This document shows, in pieces, positions 7,287 to 11,834 of a DNA stretch of 11,834 nt. Below the pieces are notes generated by a model. The model did not search any database, was not told the DNA's origin, and saw nothing but the letters and a program-made list of their open reading frames with translations. Origin of the DNA: Methanocellales archaeon (GTDB lineage Archaea > Halobacteriota > JAWCLZ01); assembly GCA_038850285.1 (NCBI GenBank), contig JAWCMA010000032.1, positions 1-11,834 of the forward strand, read 5' to 3'. How positions within the stretch are numbered: position 1 is the first letter of the stretch; every line of letters begins with the position of its first letter. The position numbers and the translations under genes are program-made.

Positions 7287-8966
7287 ATGTTTAAAGAAGA
7301 AGTTATAGAGCAAATTAAAGTAGAAGAAGAAAAATGGGAAAGGGAAAAAGTTGCAAAGGTATTGAGCAAAACTCCAGAATTGAAGAAGGAATTTGCCACG
7401 CTTTCGCGAATACCTGTTAAAAGACTTTATACACCAGCTGATATAGCAAAACTGGATTACTTCAAAGACCTAGGCTTCTCAGGCGAGTATCCCTATACCC
7501 GCGGAATCCATTCCACTGGACATAGAGGGCGAATTTGGACCATGCGTTTATACGCCGGCTATGGCTCAGCTGAGGATACCAATAAAAGATATAAATATCT
7601 CCTGGAACAGGGTCAAACAGGCTTGAGCGTGGCCTTTAATTTACCAACCCAAATAGGCTATGATTCAGACCATCCTCTATCGCAAGGTGAAGTTGGAAAA
7701 ACTGGTGTAGCAATTGATTCCCTAGAGGACATGGAGCGCTTATTCGACGGCATTCCCTTGAGTAAAGTAAGCACCTCAATGACCATTAATTCCACCGCTC
7801 CAATGGTACTCGCTATGTATATAGCGGTTGCGGAGAAACAGGGAGCTGATATTTCAAAACTCGATGGTACAATTCAAAATGACATGCTGAAGGAATACAT
7901 AGCTAGAAATACCCAGATCTTCCCACCTAAGCCCCATATGAAGTTGGTTACTGATATCATTGAATACTGCTGCAAGCACATGCCTAGATGGAATTTCATA
8001 AGCATAAGCGGCTATCACATCCGCGAGGCAGGGGCAACTGCAGTGCAGGAAATTGCTTTTACACTTGCCAATGCCATAGCCTATGTACAAGCAGCGCTAG
8101 AGCGAGGCTTGAAGGTAGATGATTTCGCTCCCAGAATTAGCTTTTTCCTAAGTTCAGGCAATGATATATTTGAAGAAGTCGCTAAGTTCCGCGCGGTTCG
8201 TAGAATGTGGGCAAAGATAATGCGAGAGCGCTTTGGAGCAAAAGACCCTAGGTCGTGGCAGTTTAGATTCCACGTTCAAACCCCGGGGCATACTTTAACT
8301 GCGCAGCAGCCTTTAAACAATATCATCAGAACTGCCTTTCAAGCACTTGCTGCTGTTCTCGGAGGTGTGCAATCGCTGCATACCAATTCCTATGATGAAG
8401 CACTTTGCTTGCCAACTGAACACGCTGTAATGGTTGCACTTAGAACTCAGCAGATCATAGCATATGAAACTGGTGTTACCAACACAGTCGATCCACTAGC
8501 AGGTTCTTATTATGTGGAGTGGCTAACCGATGAAATTGAGAAACAGGCTTTTGAATATATTAAGAAGATAGATCAAATGGGCGGTGCACTTGCTGCCATT
8601 GAAAGCGGCTATGTCGCTAGGGAGATCTTGGAAAGTGCTTATAAATATCAAAAGGAAATTGACAGCGGGGAGAGAGTAATAGTGGGTGTGAATAAATATA
8701 CGATTGAGGAGGAAATTAAAATACCCATTTTAAGACCCGATCCGGAGGTTGAGAGACTGCAGAAAGCGAGGCTCACTGCTTTGAAGCAGCGGAGGGATGC
8801 CAAAAAAGTTAGAGAATCCTTGGAGAAATTGCGAGGTGCAGCTATGGATCATGGGAATCTAATGCCAGTGATACTTGAAGCAGTTAAAGCCTATGCAACC
8901 ATTGGCGAGATGTGCGATGTATTGAGAGAAGTATTCGGAGAATACAAGCAGCCAGTTCTACTTTAA
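7287..8966 (+). CDS. mcmA1: Acyl-CoA mutase large (substrate-binding) subunit, methylmalonyl-CoA mutase family; substrate not certain
   Basis: 559 aa with [80 protein letters not shown] and [13 protein letters not shown]. It has no B12-binding domain, which is encoded separately upstream. GGAGGT RBS at 7276-7281. Confidence 0.93.
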   Translation: MFKEEVIEQIKVEEEKWEREKVAKVLSKTPELKKEFATLSRIPVKRLYTPADIAKLDYFKDLGFSGEYPYTRGIHSTGHRGRIWTMRLYAGYGSAEDTNKRYKYLLEQGQTGLSVAFNLPTQIGYDSDHPLSQGEVGKTGVAIDSLEDMERLFDGIPLSKVSTSMTINSTAPMVLAMYIAVAEKQGADISKLDGTIQNDMLKEYIARNTQIFPPKPHMKLVTDIIEYCCKHMPRWNFISISGYHIREAGATAVQEIAFTLANAIAYVQAALERGLKVDDFAPRISFFLSSGNDIFEEVAKFRAVRRMWAKIMRERFGAKDPRSWQFRFHVQTPGHTLTAQQPLNNIIRTAFQALAAVLGGVQSLHTNSYDEALCLPTEHAVMVALRTQQIIAYETGVTNTVDPLAGSYYVEWLTDEIEKQAFEYIKKIDQMGGALAAIESGYVAREILESAYKYQKEIDSGERVIVGVNKYTIEEEIKIPILRPDPEVERLQKARLTALKQRRDAKKVRESLEKLRGAAMDHGNLMPVILEAVKAYATIGEMCDVLREVFGEYKQPVLL

Positions 8967-8967
8967 A

Positions 8968-8974
8968 TTTTTTT
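8968..8974 (+). terminator. Oligo-T tract, putative archaeal terminator of the mutase operon
   Basis: A T7 run begins 1 nt after the mutase TAA, at the junction with a convergent gene. Confidence 0.5.
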
Positions 8975-9194
8975 ATATATAGTTCATTAAATCTTCGTCC
9001 TCAGGTGGCGTTACATAGCCTTCGATTAAATTGGCGATTTGCTCATTCAACAGATCAATTCCCATGCTTAGATGAATCGTGGAAAGAACTTCTAATAGCA
9101 AGTTGAGCGATAGGCCTGTTTCCTTCTCAAGAGTTCTCGCTAGATCTAGCACCTTCATGAACTCCTCCCTTAACGCCTTTTGAAAGTCATCCAA
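8973..9194 (-). CDS. Hypothetical small acidic helical protein
   Basis: 73 aa. The TTG start is preceded by a GGTGAT RBS on the minus strand (GGTGATCTTCT-TTG). It fills the gap between the mutase and Clp1 genes without overlap. Composition: 15 D/E versus 5 K/R, with amphipathic Leu periodicity. Confidence 0.72.
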   Translation of the reverse strand: MDDFQKALREEFMKVLDLARTLEKETGLSLNLLLEVLSTIHLSMGIDLLNEQIANLIEGYVTPPEDEDLMNYI

Positions 9195-9252
9195 AGAAGA
9201 TCACCAGATTGATATTTATTGTTATTCTAATAAGAAAAAATTAACCAAGAGT

Positions 9253-10266
9253 ATGGGAGAGATGCATTTGAACAATGCTTGGCGAGACCTCGCTGGGAGG
9301 ATAAGCAAAGAGATTGTAATGGTAATTGGAAGAGTTGACACTGGAAAGTCAACTTTGATAAAGTTTCTAGCCTGCAAGTTAAATGCAGCCATTGTTGATG
9401 CAGACATTGGCCAAAGCGATGTAGGGCCGCCAACCGTGGTTTCCCTAGGTAGAAAGAGGGGAGAGAAACTTGAGATGGTGGATGGCTACTTCGTGGGCTC
9501 TACAACGCCTGCTAGGCACTTGCTTCAAATGGTGGTTGGAGCTAAGAAAATGGTTGAGCGCGCTCCAAAGCCATGTATTATAAATACCACTGGTTTGGTG
9601 GATGGACCAATTGGCAGAGCGCTTAAGACTCAAAAGATCGAAGCAGTGCGACCCAATTTACTCATATTGATGGAGCGAGATCGGGAACTTGATTACTATC
9701 GATGCTTTGAAAACGTGGGTATAGAGATAGTTAGACTGCAAGTTTCACCTGAGGTTGAAGCAAAATCGAAGGCTGATAGAAAGCGAGAGAGGGAGAGAGC
9801 CTTTAAAGCACATTTTGCTGGTGCCAGGAATTTCAAAATAGAACTGGCGAACTATGGTTTAGAGAGAACACTCCTTGGCAGCGGTGTATTAATGAATCTA
9901 ACTGAAGCTTCAAATGCTCTTGGATGCAGAGTTTTAAGGGCGGAGAGAATCGGACAAGAGGTACTTGCTGTTGTGGAGGGAAGAGTATTGGATTTAGAGG
10001 GGGCTTGCAGCTCTTTAAGCGCAAGTCATATTGAGATAGCTGATAGAAATGCTTTTGAAAATTTATTAGTGGGCTTGGTTGATCACTCCAGTAACTTCCT
10101 CGGCCTAGGGATTCTCCACGGTTTTAACTGGGAGGATTTTTGCTGCAATATCTATACCAAAGTCCAAGGCTTTGCGAATATTCAATTCGGCTCCCTCAAA
10201 TTATCCCTTGACTGCGTGGAGAAAGGTTGGCTTAATACTTTGCACTATGCATTAATTGATTGGTGA
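9253..10266 (+). CDS. clp1: Clp1/Nol9/Grc3-family polynucleotide 5'-hydroxyl kinase
   Basis: Walker A GRVDTGKST, catalytic DADIGQSDVGPP (DxDxGQ), YFVGSTTP, INTTGLV, lid RKRERERAFKAHF, and C-terminal LLVGL...FLGLGIL...IQFGSLKL typical of prokaryotic Clp1. The start could instead be ATG 9262. Confidence 0.88.
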   Translation: MGEMHLNNAWRDLAGRISKEIVMVIGRVDTGKSTLIKFLACKLNAAIVDADIGQSDVGPPTVVSLGRKRGEKLEMVDGYFVGSTTPARHLLQMVVGAKKMVERAPKPCIINTTGLVDGPIGRALKTQKIEAVRPNLLILMERDRELDYYRCFENVGIEIVRLQVSPEVEAKSKADRKRERERAFKAHFAGARNFKIELANYGLERTLLGSGVLMNLTEASNALGCRVLRAERIGQEVLAVVEGRVLDLEGACSSLSASHIEIADRNAFENLLVGLVDHSSNFLGLGILHGFNWEDFCCNIYTKVQGFANIQFGSLKLSLDCVEKGWLNTLHYALIDW

Positions 10267-10269
10267 AAT

Positions 10270-10959
10270 ATGATCTCAATTATAGTGCCAACTTATAATG
10301 AGCGGGGAAACATCGAGGTTTTAATTCAAAAGATCTTCAAGGTAGCTGGGCAAAGCAAGCTTGATTTAGAAGTAATAGTAGTGGATGATGATTCCCCTGA
10401 TCAAACTTGGAGGGTAGCTCAGGAGCTGAAAGCTGAATATAAAAATCTCCAAGTGCTGCGAAGGCTGGGTAAAAAGGGCTTAGCCTCAGCAGTTATAGAT
10501 GGATTGAAAATCGCTAGAGGGGATATAATTGGGGTTATGGATGCAGATCTAAGTCATCCACCGGATTTAATCTTGAGCTTAATTGAGCCGTTAATCAATG
10601 GAAAAGCTGATCTCGCGATTGCAAGTAGATATATTCCAGGCAGCGATGTGGAAAACTGGCCGCTTGCTAGAGAAGCTATTTCGAAAGTAGCCATTTTGCT
10701 TGCAAAGCCTCTAGTTAAAGAGATCAAAGACCCTACAGCTGGATATTTCTTCTTCAAAAAAGAAGTAATAGAGGGAGTAGAGCTCAATCCAAGGGGCTTT
10801 AAAATTGGACTTGAAGTCTTTGTTAAAGGGAGATATAATAAAGCAGTGGAAGTGCCATATACCTTTAGAAATCGGAAAAGGGGGGAAAGTAAATTTGGAA
10901 TAAGAGAAATATTCAACTACTTAATTCAGCTTTTGAAACTCTATGCACATAGATCCTGA
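10270..10959 (+). CDS. GT2 glycosyltransferase, polyprenol/dolichol-phosphate mannose synthase-like (DPM1/Ppm1-like)
   Basis: SIIVPTYNERGNI, VVDDDSPDQT, KKGLASAVIDG, VMDADLSHPP (DxD), ASRY, KDPTAGY, GFKIGLE, EVPYTFRNRKRGESK. It has no C-terminal GtrA-like membrane domain. A GGTGA RBS at 10262-10266 overlaps the Clp1 stop. Confidence 0.92.
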   Translation: MISIIVPTYNERGNIEVLIQKIFKVAGQSKLDLEVIVVDDDSPDQTWRVAQELKAEYKNLQVLRRLGKKGLASAVIDGLKIARGDIIGVMDADLSHPPDLILSLIEPLINGKADLAIASRYIPGSDVENWPLAREAISKVAILLAKPLVKEIKDPTAGYFFFKKEVIEGVELNPRGFKIGLEVFVKGRYNKAVEVPYTFRNRKRGESKFGIREIFNYLIQLLKLYAHRS

Positions 10960-11834
10960 TATATGGACTTAAGAACTCGGGTTCTGCATTTGAGGATATC
11001 CAGTTGCTAATTTCAAGATTGGGGTCAACGATGATTGTGTCTTTATGAATCAAGTACCAAGTTGTTTTATTCGTAGAGGTTAATTTCTCAAGTTCAGAAA
11101 TGGTATAATTCACTGGGATTATCAACTTCCTTCCTTGTGCATTATAATAGTATTGAAATGGAAGATCATGGGATAGAAGAAGTGAAATTATAACATCTCC
11201 CTCTTGAGTATGCTCATTTAGATACGAGGCTACACCTTTCCAGTCATCTCTATTTGGATATAAATAATAATTAGCCAGCAATGAAAAATTAGCTGCAATT
11301 AAAATAGCTATTATTAATGAAGCCCCAAGCAGTTTAGTGAAACGTATATTCGCTAGCTTGCGTGTTTTAGTTGATCCAACCCGCTTCTTTCTCATTCCTT
11401 TGATCGCTCGATTTTCAGATACAATAACTAGATTTGAGAAAATACTCGTTATTCCCTTTGAAACAACTATTAAATAGGCAATTAAAAGAAAGATCAAATA
11501 TCGAAGCTGGAAAAAAATTAAATAAGCAATTCCAATGCTTAAGAGAATTGGAATGAATATACAAGTGCTTAAAAGAATTGCTTCTTTTCTATTTTTATTC
11601 CATATAGAAATCAATCCAAAGGCAAAAAATACTATGAAAAATGGAAGATTAAAATATCCACCGCTAAAGCTCCCAAATATCATTGGTATAAATTCCAGAG
11701 AAGGCCTGACTCCCAATATCGTTCCTGGAGATGTCTTATGTAAAATGGTAATGTAAAATCCAAATGCAAGAGGTAAAGATAGAATTGCGATTCCAATTAA
11801 ACTTAATAAAAATTTTCGTAATTGAAGACTTTTC
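10913..11834 (-). CDS. Multi-pass membrane protein, probable GT-C fold glycosyltransferase (PMT-2/GT39-like), 3' part only
   Basis: The frame stays open from the track's TTG 11716 to the window edge (39 further codons, KSLQLRKFLLSLIGIAILSLPLAFGFYITILHKTSPGTI), so the true start lies outside the window. Several TM helices, QLRYLIFLL (RY motif), and a soluble C-terminal domain starting DDWKGVASYLNEHTQEGDVII, as in PMT-like proteins. Confidence 0.7.
   Translation of the reverse strand, partial: KSLQLRKFLLSLIGIAILSLPLAFGFYITILHKTSPGTILGVRPSLEFIPMIFGSFSGGYFNLPFFIVFFAFGLISIWNKNRKEAILLSTCIFIPILLSIGIAYLIFFQLRYLIFLLIAYLIVVSKGITSIFSNLVIVSENRAIKGMRKKRVGSTKTRKLANIRFTKLLGASLIIAILIAANFSLLANYYLYPNRDDWKGVASYLNEHTQEGDVIISLLLSHDLPFQYYYNAQGRKLIIPVNYTISELEKLTSTNKTTWYLIHKDTIIVDPNLEISNWISSNAEPEFLSPYIRIYVHRVSKAELSS

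Noticed and set aside
7287-8966. Calling the mutase isobutyryl-CoA or 2-hydroxyisobutyryl-CoA mutase
   Set aside because: It has Y89/R207 rather than Phe/Gln, and A116 rather than the HcmA Asp.
2165-8966. Functional link between the copper locus and the B12 mutase operon (e.g. a cobalt-handling ATPase)
   Set aside because: The ATPase has CPC/YN/MxxSS Cu(I)-type motifs rather than the SPC of Co-type P1B-4 pumps, and the mutase operon has its own promoter after a spacer of about 220 bp.
6472-9106. ORFs 6472-6765, 6946-7161, 7133-7399, 7854-8090 and 8912-9106
   Set aside because: They overlap meaB, the mutase or the RBS-supported 73-aa gene in shadow frames and have no independent evidence.
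9222-11756. ORFs 9222-9407, 9227-9433, 9445-9633, 9833-10024, 10554-10916 and 11535-11756
   Set aside because: They are antisense shadows of clp1, the GT2 gene and the GT-C-like gene.

Overview
Archaeal chromosomal window (GGAGGT/GGTGA ribosome-binding sites, TATA-type promoters, several TTG/GTG starts; the lineage cannot be assigned from sequence alone). It holds 13 supportable CDS in five units. (1) A minus-strand operon of a small winged-HTH protein and a NodI/NodJ-like ABC-2 exporter, with a perfect 16-bp palindrome upstream. (2) A copper locus: an HTH+TRASH regulator (CopR/CopT-like), a CopA P1B-1 ATPase with three N-terminal HMA-like domains (the middle one has no Cys), and a 61-aa two-TM protein. 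(3) A split adenosylcobalamin-dependent acyl-CoA mutase operon (B12-binding subunit, MeaB, catalytic subunit) with methylmalonyl-CoA-mutase-type Y89/R207 but several atypical motif residues and no epimerase. (4) A 73-aa acidic orphan ending in -YI, divergent from a Clp1-family polynucleotide kinase and a GT2 polyprenol-phosphate-mannose synthase-like gene. (5) A convergent, window-truncated GT-C-like membrane protein. I saw no mobile element, CRISPR array or RNA gene. The region is mostly housekeeping or metabolic. The best leads are the deviant mutase, the orphan with a possible proteasome-docking tail, and the small cop-associated membrane protein.
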